64,000 nt of DNA from Octopus sinensis (lineage: Eukaryota): NCBI RefSeq assembly GCF_006345805.1, contig NC_043015.1, forward strand, positions 39,246,001 through 39,310,000, given 5' to 3'. The notes under the pieces were generated by a model. It was given only the letters and a program-made list of their open reading frames with translations, did no database searches and was not told the origin of the DNA. Made by a program: the position numbers and the translations under genes. Numbering within the stretch: the stretch's first letter is position 1; every line of letters begins with the position of its first letter. Shown in pieces: positions 1-14,345 of the stretch.

Positions 1-189
1 CTCCTGGCTTCCCAGACCCCAATCGAACCGTCCAGCCCATGCCAGCATGGAAAACGGACGTTAAACGATGATGATGATGATGATGATCCCAGTTTTCTTT
101 TCTGTCTTTCTATTTGCAGTCAGTTTTTTTTTCTCTCTGCAAATGTTCAAATTTTGTGTCTCCGTGTCCCAGCGGCTTCTAGGGTGGTG

Positions 190-1100
190 ACACCATCAGA
201 CTGAGAGATTCTCTTGGAAGCCGTCAAACTGCTTTTTCTGGGAGATGTTACCTCCAAAGTCAGCCAGAGCAGCATTCTTGTGAAAGTCTACTTGAGCAAA
301 GCAAATGTTTTGGAAAGAATTAACTACAGAGAGATTTTGTTTTTGGATTTGGTTTGCAAGAGTCAAGACTCTTGAAAAGGTTGCAAGAAGCAACGAAAAT
401 AAAAATAAGAAAAACGCGGAAATTTCACCGGTGAGTGTGTTAAATTATAAGGCACAAAAAGAAAATGACTCTCCCCAGACACAACAGAATAAGACATTAT
501 TAAACTGATGGACCAAGTTATGAAAGTGTGTATTTGGGGAGCGTTGGGGGATGTTTCAGCAAAGTTAATCACAGACAAACCTAGTTTAGGTGAAATGCTG
601 CGAGGTTTTTGCGTCGACGCAAAGAACTGACGAGGCTTTCTTCTAAGGGAGACAACCCAGCTTTTTTCTCTTTTTTTACTAACAAATCCTTTAAACTATT
701 TGGAGAATTTTTCGTTTCAAGGAATCATAAGATGGACTTAGGAACAAAAGATATCAGGAGGCATGGAAGAGAATTTAGTTCTATAATATATAATCCTTAT
801 TGTAATCTACTAACGTAAAAATATTGAGTCACATCAATATAGACAAGATATATATATAAAAGTAGGGAGATGAGTCCAGGTCGATATTTCGTTTTTGGAT
901 TTGGTCTGCAAGATTCTTTATGTGAGTTCGTGTGTTGAAGCATATTCTGTTGAGTCAAGACTATTGAAATGGTTGCAAGATGCAACGAAAATTTTAGGAA
1001 AATAAAAACAAGGAATAAGTGGAAATTTTACTGGTGAGTGTGTTATATTATAAGGCACAAGAAGAAAATGGCTCTCCCCAGACACATCCAGGTCGAAATA
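190..1100. repeat. Partially tandem non-LTR (Penelope-like) remnant
   Basis: A ~125-bp unit is repeated at about 360-485 and 950-1085. Confidence 0.4.
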
Positions 1101-1824
1101 TAAGTATATATATATATGTATACACACACACCAATTTTTTTTACTAGCTTCAGTCATTTGACAGTGGCCGAGCTGGAGCACTACTTTCATGGTTTTTATT
1201 CAGAGCAACCCAGTATAGACTTTATCAAATAAATTTCTTGGTTAGTTAAGCTTTTAATTTAATGCAGGTCTCATTTTAACTTGCACACACACACACACTA
1301 TCATCATTATCGATCTTTTTTCCTGCTATGCCAGCATAGATGGACAGTCTGTCAGGAACCAGCAGGTCAAATGAAGCCAACCACAAAAGTGGTTGGCTTC
1401 AGGAACGGTTTCCTGTACCCTGGGTGTTTTTTTTCTGCCAAAGTATCTGCATTACTAAGTTTGGTTTATAACTCTTTTAAGAGTCTCACGTCTGTGAAGA
1501 GAAATGGAAGAAAATGTCCTGACCACACACACACACACACATTCATGCTCAGTTTCTTTTTACCAAAAAAGACATTGGTTAATCATTCTCATCACATTAC
1601 ATCCACTTTCCACACTGGAATGGGTTTGATAGGTTATCACACTCCAACTAACCCTCACCCCAAAGGCCAGGTACACACAGAACTGATCAGCTTAACTCTA
1701 AAATAAAAGTTACTTGGCCCAACAAACAGTGGAGGGAGATCAAACCTGGAACCATGTGATTACACACTAAACATTCTCACCACACACCTACACTGACTAA
1801 ATTTTCTGATTTTCCAAGTATGTT

Positions 1825-2227
1825 TGGCACTCGAGCCCCGTGCTAGTAGGGTATTAAGAGCACCATCCGAGTGTGATTGTTGCCAAAGCAGCTAACTGGC
1901 TTCCCTGCCAGTGGCACGTAAAAGACACCATTCGAGCGTGATCGTTACCAGCATCGCCTTACTGGCACCCGTGCCAGTGGCATGTGTAAAAGATTTGAGC
2001 GAGGTCGTTGCCAGTATCGTCTGACTGGCCCTGTGCCGGTGGCACGTAAAAGCACCCACTACACTCTCAGAGTGGTTGGCATTGGGAGGGGCATCTAGCT
2101 GTAGAAACTCTGTCAGATCAAGATTGAAGCCTGGTGCAGCCATCTGGTTCACCAGCCTTCAGTCATTCGTCCAACCCATGCTAGCATGGAAAGCGGACGT
2201 TAAACAATGATGATGATGATGATGATG
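1825..2227 (+). mobile_element. SINE family A, (GAT)n tail; representative copy
   Basis: Core cccactacactctc..gg(c/t)gttaggaagggcatccagctgtagaaac. Other copies (approximate): + at 1-87, 4545-4737, 5060-5200, 20700-21287, 35660-36212, 40235-40465, 59490-59760; - at 6302-6655, 9172-9541, 24040-24262, 26580-26770, 41580-41835, 45590-45856, 46738-46985. Confidence 0.9.
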
Positions 2228-2650
2228 TTTCGGCCTTATTCTTGCCTCATCACCAAAGCATATCCTTCACTGCGCTTACCAAAACAGCAAAGAAAGACTC
2301 ACTAATTCTGAACATTGATTAAAGAGTTTTGAATATATTTTCATTATTCAATATTCCTTTATTGATTTTTAAACTTACAGTCATTTTCCATTTTCAAAAT
2401 CGTTAACCCATGCAGACTCTGTTTCATCTTCTGTGAATCTTTAAACATTTATCAACATCTTTAATCTCTGTTTATCTTCTTACAGTTAGTCACTTATTAT
2501 TTATTTACTGAAACACATTTAGAGATATTGGTAACTCTGCTGCCTCGTCAATGAAATAAACTGGTGACCTCAAGCATGTGTAATAGATTTTATTGATCAA
2601 ATAAAGATCTTAACAAATAAATTTGGGATATTTTGGAAATGTGAGAGAAA

Positions 2651-2847
2651 TTAGTCATTGAGTAATACCATCTGTATTTGCTTCTTGCAAGACTCTGGTA
2701 CTTGGAACATGGGACCATGACCAGGAATGATGTGGTCGGCTATTTTTAAAATATCAGCTCTGTACTGTTCTTGGGACTCTGGCTTTTGACTCGACTGTTG
2801 CCACAAATGGGGTTTTTCAAGATCTTCCTGGCATTCAAACAGATCAC
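2651..2847 (-). CDS. MBLAC1: MBLAC1 terminal coding exon (GDLFE..ADHIIPGHGPMF..stop)
   Basis: GDLF and IPGHG motifs; TAA at 2653-2651; spliced CDS totals 627 nt (208 aa). Confidence 0.93.
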
Positions 2848-3188
2848 CTAAAATTAAACAGAAATAGAAGATTCATTAATTCAAGAATTAATTAAGCAGA
2901 AATAGGAGATTCATTAATTAAAGTTTCCTTTAAATTCCTCCCACTCAAAACTTGACATGGTTGCCCAATAACAAAAAAAAATAAATGCGCTCTTTTTTGG
3001 GTTTCCCGGTTTCTATGGCGTATGTGTTCCCCAGCTGGATGGGACGCCAGTCCATCGCAACGTTACTCATTTTTGCCAGCTGAGTGGACTGGTGCAACGT
3101 GAAATGGAGTGTTTTGCTCAAGAACACAATGCGTCGCTCGGTCCAGGAATCGAAACCACAATCTTCGGACGTTAAACGATGATGATGA

Positions 3189-3235
<47 letters not shown>

Positions 3236-4334
3236 TTCACGGTGAACTCTCTCATCGAATGTACAGATGATTTGTTTATTGTGACCAAATGTTCATGCCA
3301 CACATTAGCTTACACTCTCTGTCAAATTGACATTGTCTGATCAGGTGCACAGTGTGCTTGTGCCACAGGTCAGGTGTCAAAGTGATTGCAGAGCAACGCG
3401 AGATGAATTTTTTTTTTTCTCAAGAACACAACACACCACCCGGTCTAGGGATTGAAATCACAATCTAGAGATTGTGAATGTAACACCTTAACCATATATA
3501 TAAAAATTTAAATGAGGTCATTGATGTAAACCTTGTTAACTAAATTAGTGATAACATGTGATTTCAATAAATAAATACTTGCTGTTCATTGGGTAGGTTA
3601 AGAAGGGAAGAAGAAGTGGTGAGTCTGTGTAACTGGAGGTGAGGGTAAGGTACAGTGTGTGTGTGTGCTTGTGTGCGTGCTTGTGTGTGTACGTGTGTGC
3701 AAGTGGAAGTAGGGTAGCATTAGTTAGTGGAAGTGATGGGGGTGTGCATAGTTGTTAGGTGGGTAGTGTGAAAGTCTGGATGTAAGAAAGCTGTACAAAT
3801 AGTGTGGGAATAAAAGTTTTTATGAAGCATATGAAATGGGAAGAATAAACCTGTTGGTTAAAAAATGACTATCAATGACTAAAATAAGTCTGAATCTGTA
3901 ACATATCGTTTTTGTTTCGATTTAAATTGTCACAATTTACTTGAAGTCTCTGAATGAGGAACAAAATAAACCTGTTTTGAGTAAATTATTAGGAAAAAAA
4001 AATAAGATCAACAAACATGTCTACAGACAATGCATGTTGACAGCAATGAAGTTCCACGAACATGTGGCAAATTCAGATGTCAATATCCTGGGTCTCGCTC
4101 ACAGACGAGTGGTGACATTTATACTGTGGACCTTTTTAAGCAATTATTTGTCACCAGGTGGTGCTCATTCAGGCCAAAATAATGGCAGTATCATTTGGTT
4201 CACACGACCATTGATATATGCCTTTCACCGACATTGACAGCCAGAGGTTCTTTCGGTAAACATTACTGCTACATGGGCTGATCCATGTGACGCTTAGAGC
4301 TACTGCTGTTGGAATAGAGGAAAGGTATACTCAC

Positions 4335-4449
4335 CTGTGATGGCTACAACACCAAGAGGTGTGCTTTTGACAATGACCGATACGTCTTCCCCTGTGTGAC
4401 CAGGAGTGGCAATTACTTCAACATAATCATCGATTTCATAAGGAATGCC
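4335..4449 (-). CDS. MBLAC1: MBLAC1 coding exon 4 (GIPYEIDDYVEVIATPGHTGEDVSVIV..)
   Basis: TPGHT motif; AG/GTGAGT boundaries, phase 0-1. Confidence 0.93.
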
Positions 4450-5685
4450 CTAACGAAACAAAACAAAAAAACAATCAATACAGGTATGTAAATGGTCAAA
4501 AGTGTTAAGGACATCAGACTGTACAGTTTTATAGGGCGTACCACCAAACTGGCCCTCATGCCGGTGGCACGTAAAAGCACCCACTACACTCTCAGAGTGG
4601 TTGGCGTTAGGAAGGGCATCCAGCCATAGAAACTCTGCCAGATAAGATTGGAGCCTGGTTTGCCAGACCTCAGCCAAATCGTCCAACCCATGCTAGCATG
4701 GAAAGCAGACGTTAAATGATGATGATGATGATGATGCTACTTGCTCCAATTTGCTTGACAGATAAAATAAGTTCCACACCAGCACACACACACACACACA
4801 CACATATTCTTACACAAGAATGTTGTGTAAATGTGGCTTCAAGTTTCCAGTGAGTAAGCCATTATCAGACTGCAATCAAACTGCAGTTCAAAGATGACTT
4901 AACTCACCGGAACTTCCAAATCACTGTCAACAACATTCTTGTTAAAGCATGATAAATTTGTACTCTAAAAAAGTACAGAGTAACTCATCAGATTAAAGTA
5001 AAATTATTTTTATTATAACTGAATATAAAAACAAACATTAATATATAAACACACACACACGGAAGGGCATCCAGCTGTAGAAACTCTGCCAAATCAGACT
5101 GGAACCTGGTGGCAGCTCTCTGGTTTACCTGTTCCAGACAAACTACCTAAGCCATGCCAGCATGGACAACAGACATTAAATGATGATGATGATGATGATG
5201 ACAGTGACCGCCATCGCCTGGTGTCAAAACAAAGAGGCACCAACACACATATGACAGGCTTCTATCAGTTTCCACCCATCAAATCCACTCGCAAAGCCTT
5301 GTTTGGCCCAGGGATCTTCTAAAAGAAACTTTTCCCAAGGTGGGACTGAACTCAGAGCCATGTGGTTGGGAAGCAAACTTCTTAACCACACAGCTGCAGT
5401 GTTTTGTTTTATAAACAACAACGAAACCAATATATTACGGAGATGTACTTGCATAGTGAGTGACCTGATCTGAGATCGTGTGCTGGAACGAAAACAATTG
5501 CAGCGTGGAAGGTGTTTATAAGCCATTTAAGAAACACACAAAAACCGTTCGATTCACTTCAACATTTAAATTTAAATGTTGAAGTGAATCTAACGGTTTT
5601 GTGTGTTTCTTAAATGGCTTATAAACACCTTCCACACTGCAATTGAAACCAATATAATTATTTTTTTTTAAATCAATGATGTTAC

Positions 5686-5849
5686 CTCTTTAAAGTCGTG
5701 CATCAAATATCGGTTTCGAATGCAGATGTCATAAGATACAATATAAATAGCATTGGTGAATAGGTTCAGGTTGCCAACGTGGTCCAGGTGTCCGTGCGTA
5801 CACACAACGTAATCAATATCTGAAGGGAGCACAGCATGTTTGGCAAGAC
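5686..5849 (-). CDS. MBLAC1: MBLAC1 coding exon 3 (..DIDYVVCTHGHLDHVGNLNLF..)
   Basis: HxHxDH metal-binding motif; canonical splice sites, phase 1-0. Confidence 0.95.
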
Positions 5850-6846
5850 CTACAAAACAGGAAAGTTATTTGTCATAAACTCTGTGATAAGATTAACCCT
5901 TTCGTTACCATATTTATTTTGAGATGCTCTCTGTTTCTTTCAATTATTTCAAATATAACAAAGAATTTAGTAAAATAACTTAGTTATCATTAAGCTGGTA
6001 TTAGGAACATAAATTGTGACTAAGGTTTGGTGGAAGATTTTAATTCAAAACTTATGGAAACAAGACATTTGTACCACAGAGCCAGAGCCAGTTTCAGCTG
6101 GGTTGGTAATGAAAGGGTTAAACATTATTAGGGATTGTATAAAGAATTTGTTAAAACATTTATTATATTGTGGAAGAATAAACAATTTATAGCAGATAGA
6201 TTTGAACAACGAAATCTTATGTGGACCCCTTCCTCTAGGGGCCATGTGAACCCTGGTTGAGACCCTTTCATTACCGTATTTATTTTGAGAGGTGTTGTGT
6301 TTCATCATCATCATCATCATTTAGCGTCCGTTTTCCATGCTAGCATGGGTTGGACGGTTCTACTGGGGTCTGCGAAGCCAGAAGGCTTCATCAGGCCCAG
6401 TCAAATCTGGCAGTGTTTCTACGGCTGGATGCCCTTCCTAACGCCAACCACTCCATGAGTGTAGTGGGTGCTTTCCACGTGCCACCCGCACTGGTGCCAG
6501 ACAGAGCTGGCAAACGGCCACGAACGGATGGTGCTTTTTATGTGCCACCGGCACGAGGGCCAGGCGAGGCTGGCAACGGACACGAAACGGGGCGGTGCTG
6601 GCAACGGTCGCGAAACGGAAAGTTCTCTTACATGCCACCGGCACTGGTAACACATCTGCAATTTCCATTGATCGATTTCCATTGATCGATTTCGATTCTG
6701 ATCCTCACTTGCCTCAATGGGTCTTCACAAGCAGAGTTTCGACATGCCACCGGCACTGGTAGCACATCCGCAATTTCCATTGATCGATTTCGATTCTGAT
6801 CCTCACTTGCCTCAACACGTCTTCACAAGTATCAACACGTCTTCAC

Positions 6847-6889
<43 letters not shown>

Positions 6890-7625
6890 TTAAATTATAG
6901 TATTTAGTTTTCACTTAATGTATATTTTGTATTTTATATATATATATTTATTTATTTATTTATTTGTTTTAAATATTTTAATTAATTGTATTTTATTTCC
7001 TAATTATAATGATATACTATAGTTTAACATTTTTTCTTATATATGTTAACATTTTATTTTTATAGATATAATAAATATTTATACCTTTTTATTCTATTTT
7101 TTTATTTAAACAAAAATATCTTTATATATATAAACAGCAAAATGTCTGTCTTTGTGTGTGTATATCTTTTATACAAATCCACAATGTTTCATGGTCATTC
7201 AAAACCGTCCAAGGGTGGTCGTGTACATCTTTACATTTCCCCAGTCACCCCACAAAGCCATTAAAAAATCAATAGAAGTGACTTTTTTTGTGAATTTACT
7301 ATCCCAAATCCAATAACAAAGAATTTAGTAAAATAACTTAGTTATCATTAAGCTAGTGTTAGGAACATAAATTGTGACTAAAGTTTGGTGGAAGATTTTA
7401 ATTCAAAACTTATGAAAACAAGACATTTGTACTCAGAGCCAGAACCGGTTTCAGCCGGGTTGATAATGAAAGGGTTAACAAATATCAAAGGACAATGGTT
7501 GCCAGTTGGCATGAATTAGGAAAAAATTTAATGCAAAAGATATTTTGGAATATTCTTAAATGCTAATGACAACAAGTTCTACATTTTGGTCTGCATGGAA
7601 CTGAATCAAAATAGATATTCCTTAC

Positions 7626-7724
7626 CTTGAATAATATCCTCTTTATCCCATGGGTTTCCGGTGTCAACAATTATTTTATGGGGTCCATTTACAAAGGTGA
7701 CTGTCCCAGAGGCATTTTCTTCAC
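7626..7724 (-). CDS. MBLAC1: MBLAC1 coding exon 2 (GEENASGTVTFVNGPHKIIVDTGNPWDKEDIIQ)
   Basis: AG/GTAAG boundaries, phase 1-1; metallo-beta-lactamase motif 1 (VDTG). Confidence 0.92.
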
Positions 7725-8482
7725 CTAGACAATAGAAATGGTAGTCTGTGTCTTTAAACAAGAAAACAACTCAAATGTTTCTAAGTGAATTTAACTATAT
7801 TCTTCATATTTCTTCATTGTGTTTGTAAGGTGGACCATTGAGAAAAAAAATAACAAAAATAAAGAAGAAACAAACCAACTGTGACGTGTAACAATAAGGA
7901 TGGAAGAAATGTTTGAAGCGGAACCATCTAAAGCATTTTGGGGTTAAGTTTGGCATAGAAAGGTTGGATACATAACAGATATGGCTACAACAAAATAATA
8001 ATAATAATAGCTGTACAAGATCAAGCATTAAGGACTAATTGGATAAAAGCCAAGATAGACAAAAACCAATTAGATTCCCAATGTAGATTATGCAAATCAA
8101 AAGAGGAAAGCGTTACTCATATGGTAAGTGAATGTAGAGATGCTGGCAGAGAAAGAATACAAGAAAAGACACGACAATCTAGAAAGAGTAATCCACTGGG
8201 AGTTACGTAGAAAGCTATATATTATATTATATTCTGTAATGGAATAAATATTGGTAAATATTTCCAGGTATCTCAGGGTCTGATCATTAACCAACATTAG
8301 GAAAAAATCCAGAAGAAAAAATTATGGACATTGAATTGATAAAGTTTAAATTGAAGAGTTTTCAACAATTAACATTCTTTTCAGGCAAAACAGCTTTTGA
8401 TGTCAACAAAATAGTTTGCCTTCGATGTAATCTAGTAAAAATGGAATCTCTTCCGTAATAGAAAATAGGAAATGATGCTAAC

Positions 8483-8534
8483 CTCCAACTTCAGAATATT
8501 GGTAACCTTCTTTGATAACAAACACTTGGTACAT
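8483..8534 (-). CDS. MBLAC1: MBLAC1 coding exon 1 (MYQVFVIKEGYQYSEVG)
   Basis: ATG at 8534 follows an acceptor tttccag (exon starts 8542); donor GTTAG, phase 1; matches the MBLAC1 N-terminal Y-x-V-x-V-x-x-EGY pattern. Confidence 0.85.
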
Positions 8535-9795
8535 TTTCGAAGCTGGAAATAGAAAAGCCAAATATGTAAATGTGTGTGTGTGGGTGTGTGGGTGTGAGAG
8601 AGAGAGAGAGAGAAGGGGCGGGGGGGGGGGTTCTGCAAGTGAGTTCGTAATTGCATCTTTTTCTTGTGTGTTTGCTGGTTTGTAAACAATGGCTCTGCGC
8701 TGATGGTGTTGTTTGCTTGCCGTCCACTGCAGAAACATGTCCAGGCCTCTTGACCAAGACTTGACCTTTTGCGATATTTCTAAACAAAAGCTTTCCTCAT
8801 ACAATGTTGTTTGTCTCCAGTTCTCCGTGTCAACGTGTTGAGGCTGTTTGTTCGTTTGATAAACTGTGAGATCACCACCACATTGGAAACAGGTAGGGGT
8901 TGGCTTCAGGAAAGGGGCCTAGCAATAGGAAAACTGCCCCAACGTATTGCTGCTAGACCCACAAGTGTGGCAAAAAGAAAGACATTAAAACAAAAGTTTT
9001 TACATATACACAGACATCAATGTTTGTCTTTATGTTCACTTATAATAAAGACAATTTTACATTAATCTGATGGGTCACTCCTGTACTCTTGTAGAATACA
9101 TATTTATTATTCTTTTACAAGAATGAAAGTAATTTCAAAGTTTCAACCAACTAAGATATCATCAGACTGCCTCATCATCATCATCATCATTTAGCGTCCG
9201 CTTTCCATGCTAGCGTTGGTTGGACGGTTCAACTGGGATATGGGAAGCCAGAAGGCTGCACCAGGCTCCAGTCTTATCTGGCAGTGTTTCTATGGCTGGA
9301 TGCCCTTCCTAACGCCAACCACTCCGTGAGTGTAGTGGGTGCTTTTTACATGCCACCGGCACAGTTGCCAGACGGGGCTAGCAAACGGCCACGGTCGGAT
9401 GGTGCTTTTTACGTGCCACCGGCACGGGGGCCAGGCAAGGCTGGCAAACGGTCACAGTCAGATGGTGCATTTTACGTGCCACCGGCATGGGGGCCAGGCA
9501 AGGCTGGCAACAGCCACGATCGGATGGTGCTTTTTACGTGCCGACATACTAAGCATGTCTACCTGCTTGAAATAACAGTCAAAACTCTTATTAAATCGCC
9601 AATAAGAGTTTTGACAGTTATTTCTAGCAGGTTGACATACTTTGTATGTCCTTTGATTAATTTTAATGCTATTTTTGGGCCTGCTATCGCCTGTGTCATT
9701 GATTCTGTTATTATCATTTTTAAAATAGTTACATTGGATAATAATAGAATTAATGACACCTTCGCAAATTAATTTTTGGTGAATTATATTTATAT

Positions 9796-9840
<45 letters not shown>

Positions 9841-11459
9841 CCAGTGTATCATATAGCCGAAAGAGAAGCACTCACTAAAACAGTGGTTCCCAAAGTGGGC
9901 AGTACTGCCCCCCCTGGGGGGGGGGGAAAGTTCCAAGGGGGCATGGAAGAAAAGTGGGTTGATAATGGGGTAGTGATTCATGTAAAGACAACAAAATAAT
10001 GGGTTTGTTAGGTAAAGTTTTACTTGTGAAACTCAGTTGATGCTTTGAATTTACTTCAGAAAGATGTCTATGTTTATGACAGTTTGGGAGTGCTAGGAAT
10101 GTGGCCTAGGTGTCAAGTGGGCGACCACCCAAAAAAGTTTGGGAACCACTGCTCTAAAGCTTAGAGCAGTGGTGTATTTATATGCAGTTAAGTCTATATT
10201 CGGTCATAGAGTGACCAATGGTTTTGCATCCACAAAGGGCTTAGCCCCGTGGACAATTTGTCAGACTCTACAGCCGAAGGACATACAGTTCTATGACCGG
10301 TCATAAACTTAACTGCATATAAATATATAAAATAAAATAATAAATGCGCCCTTTTAACACCTAGCCGGGCTCATGGTTTTAATGGCGTATGTGTTCCCCA
10401 GCTGGACGGGACACTAATCCATCGCAGCGTTACTCATTTTTGCCAGCTGAGTGGACTGGAGCAACGTGAAATGAAGTGTTTTGCTCAAGAACACAATGCG
10501 TTGCCCGGTCCAGGAATTGAAACCAGAATCTTACAATCATGATGCTGACACCCTAACCACTAAACCATGCGCATCCACATATAAATATATAACATCTCGT
10601 TGTTTTGTCATATCATCTCAGTAGCAATTTAAACTTTGCAAATGCTAAAATTTTAATAAGTTTCTCAACACCAATACTTACAAACGTTGATATTGTAGGG
10701 TTAAAGGGTTGTGGCTATGTTCTTAGCTGAGAAACCAATAACGAGGCCAATATGGAATGAGTTGTATACTTTAAATAAACCGACTCTTAATTAAAAGATA
10801 TCATTTGTCACCACAGGCCTCAAGTATGTAAAGAATGTCACTTAGTCATCCTGTGTGTAATTATTAATTTTATGTAACGATTAATCCAATACGGAGAAAC
10901 AAGACCAACAGAACCACTTGTCAATAGGAAAAGATCAATTGTTATATTTGGAACAGACAGGAAACAAATATTTGATGATAGTTTAGTGTCAGGCACGTCA
11001 TGTCAATAAATGACTATAAAGGATAGGTGATCAGAGCCTTGCTAAATAAGGTATGACAGCAGTTCTGTATAGGCTGAGTGCATCTGTTTGTGTGTGTGTG
11101 TGTGTAACAAGGAGGTTGTAACAGAGCCTAAGGCTGAACAAAGGGAAATAACTACTTAAAGGTAAAGCGTTAGGGATTAAGGAAAAATCGGGTTTAATGC
11201 CATAATTTTGCATATTAGTCCAATAATAACAACACAGTCATAATATCAAATATAAATGGTTTTCTTGACAATCCTCAGAGATATTCAGAAATGTGATTAA
11301 TTCTTGATTTCTGTGGTACTGTGTGGATTAAGAAATTCTCTTCACTACGACATGGTCCTGGATTTCTGGCAAAGGACAGACATACATAATCCCCTTTATA
11401 TATATATACACACACGCACACACATGCATAACATCATCATCTAACATCCGGCTTCCATC

Positions 11460-11670
11460 CTGGAAAGCCTCTTCTGTATCCATAACTTCCACTGGGTATA
11501 CCATATGGAATACATCTTTCCTACATTGATATGTAGGGAACAGGACCATTTATCTGATAGGGGTAGGGTCCTGACTGTTTTCTTGCTTACTAGAACCTTG
11601 ATCTTAGCTAAGTTAACCTTAAGACCCTTTGAGTCCACGTTTTGCTTCCACACCTGGATTTTCTTTTCTA
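11460..11670 (-). mobile_element. RTE-like LINE RT fragment
   Basis: W...DSKGLKVNLAKIKVLV motif. Confidence 0.65.
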
Positions 11671-11738
11671 TTTACACACACACACACACACACACTGCCA
11701 TAGTCTCCTTTAGAGAGACTTATTAATATTAATATATA

Positions 11739-11789
<51 letters not shown>

Positions 11790-12191
11790 CTGAAACCATG
11801 TGGTTAGGGAGCAAACTTCTCAACTATACAACCATGCCTGTGCATACACACACATGCACAAACATGGCTGTGTGGTTAATTTCGCTTCCACACTATGTGA
11901 TTTGGAGAGTGAATTCAGCAGAAGGAAGCTGAAAAGCTCAGCATATATAAACAAACATGGTTGTTTGGACATTCGCAATATTCAAGGTTAGTTGTGGTTG
12001 AAACTTCTATCAAACTTGCATTTGAAGTTATGTGGAATAAGAGATCTCTCTGTAGGAAAACAAATAAGGGTTAGCATCAGGAAGGGCAACTGGCTGCAAA
12101 ACAAATGGTTTAATAACATTTCTATCTAACCCATGCAAGCATGAAAATAAAACTGATGTAAAACAAGCAAACACACACACATACATATGTA

Positions 12192-12398
12192 CAGGGTGCG
12201 GCAGAAATACCTCCCACATTTGAAAAGTAGACAAAAGGAAACAGAAAATTATGAAAAATTAATTTTTCTGTTGTTTAAACAAAGGGTCACAGTTTTTTGT
12301 TCATTAGCGAAAGGAAAACATCATTGGCACCTGCATAAGTTCATTAGCAACACATGGGTGAAAGTTTAAAATGTGGGAGGTATTTCTGCCGCACCCTT
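12192..12398. mobile_element. Tc1/mariner-type MITE
   Basis: ~30-bp TIRs CAGGGTGCGGCAGAAATACCTCCCACATT; TA flanks. Confidence 0.85.
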
Positions 12399-13919
12399 TA
12401 CTTATATTTATTGGTGTTCTTTGAGCTAAGTCTACCGAGTTACAGACACTCACTCCCTTCTCACTCTCAGCCAAGAATGCAGTGAATCTAACGACGTTAT
12501 AGTTCACCTGATGCCATATATAATAACTGCGGTAAATAAATGGTAGAGCAGAACGTTGTTAATCTCTCATTACTATAAGTAGCTTTATCAGATCAAATAC
12601 TGCAACAGATATGGGGAAGATCTTCCATTAAAGAGTTCTGGCAGAAACAAGCGAATGAAGCGGCGGTCTTTAAATGAGAAACCATAACCATTTCATTTTG
12701 ACATAAACAAAAACAGTCACCATGGAAACGATGGACGAATCACAACGCTCCAGCCAACGAGAGAGCCTCTATGTGGTCGCTTCAATTGCTAAAAATAGCT
12801 GCCAAATTCCCCTGAAATTTCACGCTGGTGTTTTAAGGAAGGGTATATTACATGAAACGAAACCAGATACACTATCAATGAAAATGAGACGAGGCGGTCA
12901 TGAGAGAAAGATCTTCGATCATAGGTCAGCAGGATGAGAGCTGACCTGGGCCTAAACAACGACAAACCTGAAGTAAAAATATATTCGAGACATTTAGAAG
13001 GCACGTTAACAGGAATCAGGTGAATCATTGGCTTTGGTCCATCTTTTAAATTGAGATCATCGACAGGGTAACAGGAACGATTCTAGAAATGACTTGCTGC
13101 CAACTTTTACGAAGAAACATCGACACAATCCCAGAACTATGGTTAGAGTTTTGCGGTTGTGTCAATGTTGACTCATAAAAGTTGGCAACAGTCATTGTTT
13201 TATATCGAGTTGTTATTGTTTTTAGCCCCCGGGTCAATCCTAGTCCAGTGGACTCATGATTCAAGACAACCCAACTGTGACCATCGATCAGTTTATTTTG
13301 GATTGTGTTATCCAATGAGTCCTTATTTTTGAAAGAAACGTAAAAGACATGCAGTAGGTTTGGCTGCTATTTCTAACAGACCGATGAGCATCCCTTGTTC
13401 TATTTTTGCTGATGATGGACAGACAGGATTAGGTTTTATAGAATACGGGTTCGATTCACGATGTGGCACACGAAAACATTATTATTCTTAATTATACTAA
13501 TATCTGTATTTAATTAAATAAAATACAGTCTTAATAATTATTTTAATTCCATTCAATATTTGATATCAGAGAGAAAGAAAAGAAATGCGGTTTTAAATAA
13601 AATAACCTCAATAGGTGACTCTAATTAGCGAAGCATAAATAATTAACAGCAATTAGTGGCAAATATCCAAGTATTTTAAGCAGATAAATGCTTTTATGCC
13701 GTTTTAACCATATCAAGACAAACAACAACAATTAGGGCTAACGTCTATGAAACTAAAAAATTAATTACAAATCTCTGATATGTGCGATGAGAGGAAATAT
13801 ATTGGCAAATAAATAAATACCAATTAATGATCTATGATCGACAAATTAAATAAATAAATGCTAAGTAATGAAAAAGTTAGAAAAGGCGAAAAAACGAAAG
13901 AGAAAAAAGTATATTTTAC

Positions 13920-14005
13920 CGAATTTGAGAGAAAATTCCGGAAAATTCAAAGAAAGAAAAATAATGGTTATCTGTCCTTGTGTAGTGTGGAATTCTGGGA
14001 AGCAA
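13920..14005 (-). promoter_or_regulatory. Probable MBLAC1 promoter and non-coding first exon
   Basis: Donor-like TTCG|GTAAAA at 13920/13919; ZNF143/Staf-like TTCCCAGAATTCC next to ACTACA on the - strand. Confidence 0.4.
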
Positions 14006-14287
14006 TTAATTACATCTTTAATTAAAGTTTGAAGTATATTGCTTTACAAGGCAGTCAATAATTTACTAATTAATCTTTTAACATCGTTTGTTAGTTGGAC
14101 AGTGCGTTGTTTAATGTAGTTACGGTTAAGTAATTAAGCTAATAATTTATGGCTTTGCGGTATTGAGTTTAAAAACATAAAAAAAGCAAAAAAATTCAGT
14201 TTCCGAAGTAGACGAACCTTAATGATTTGCGACAAAGGCACAAAATACAAATTTAAAGTGAAAAAAATCTTGTCAGAAGAAGAAGAA

Positions 14288-14345
<58 letters not shown>

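Noticed and set aside
6350-6685. Recurrent ORFs with LDALPNANHS
   Set aside because: SINE A sequence read in frame, not a protein family
10682-10770. Strong - strand donor GTAAGTA as a possible MBLAC1 coding exon
   Set aside because: In-frame stop; the true start exon is at 8534; at most a UTR exon
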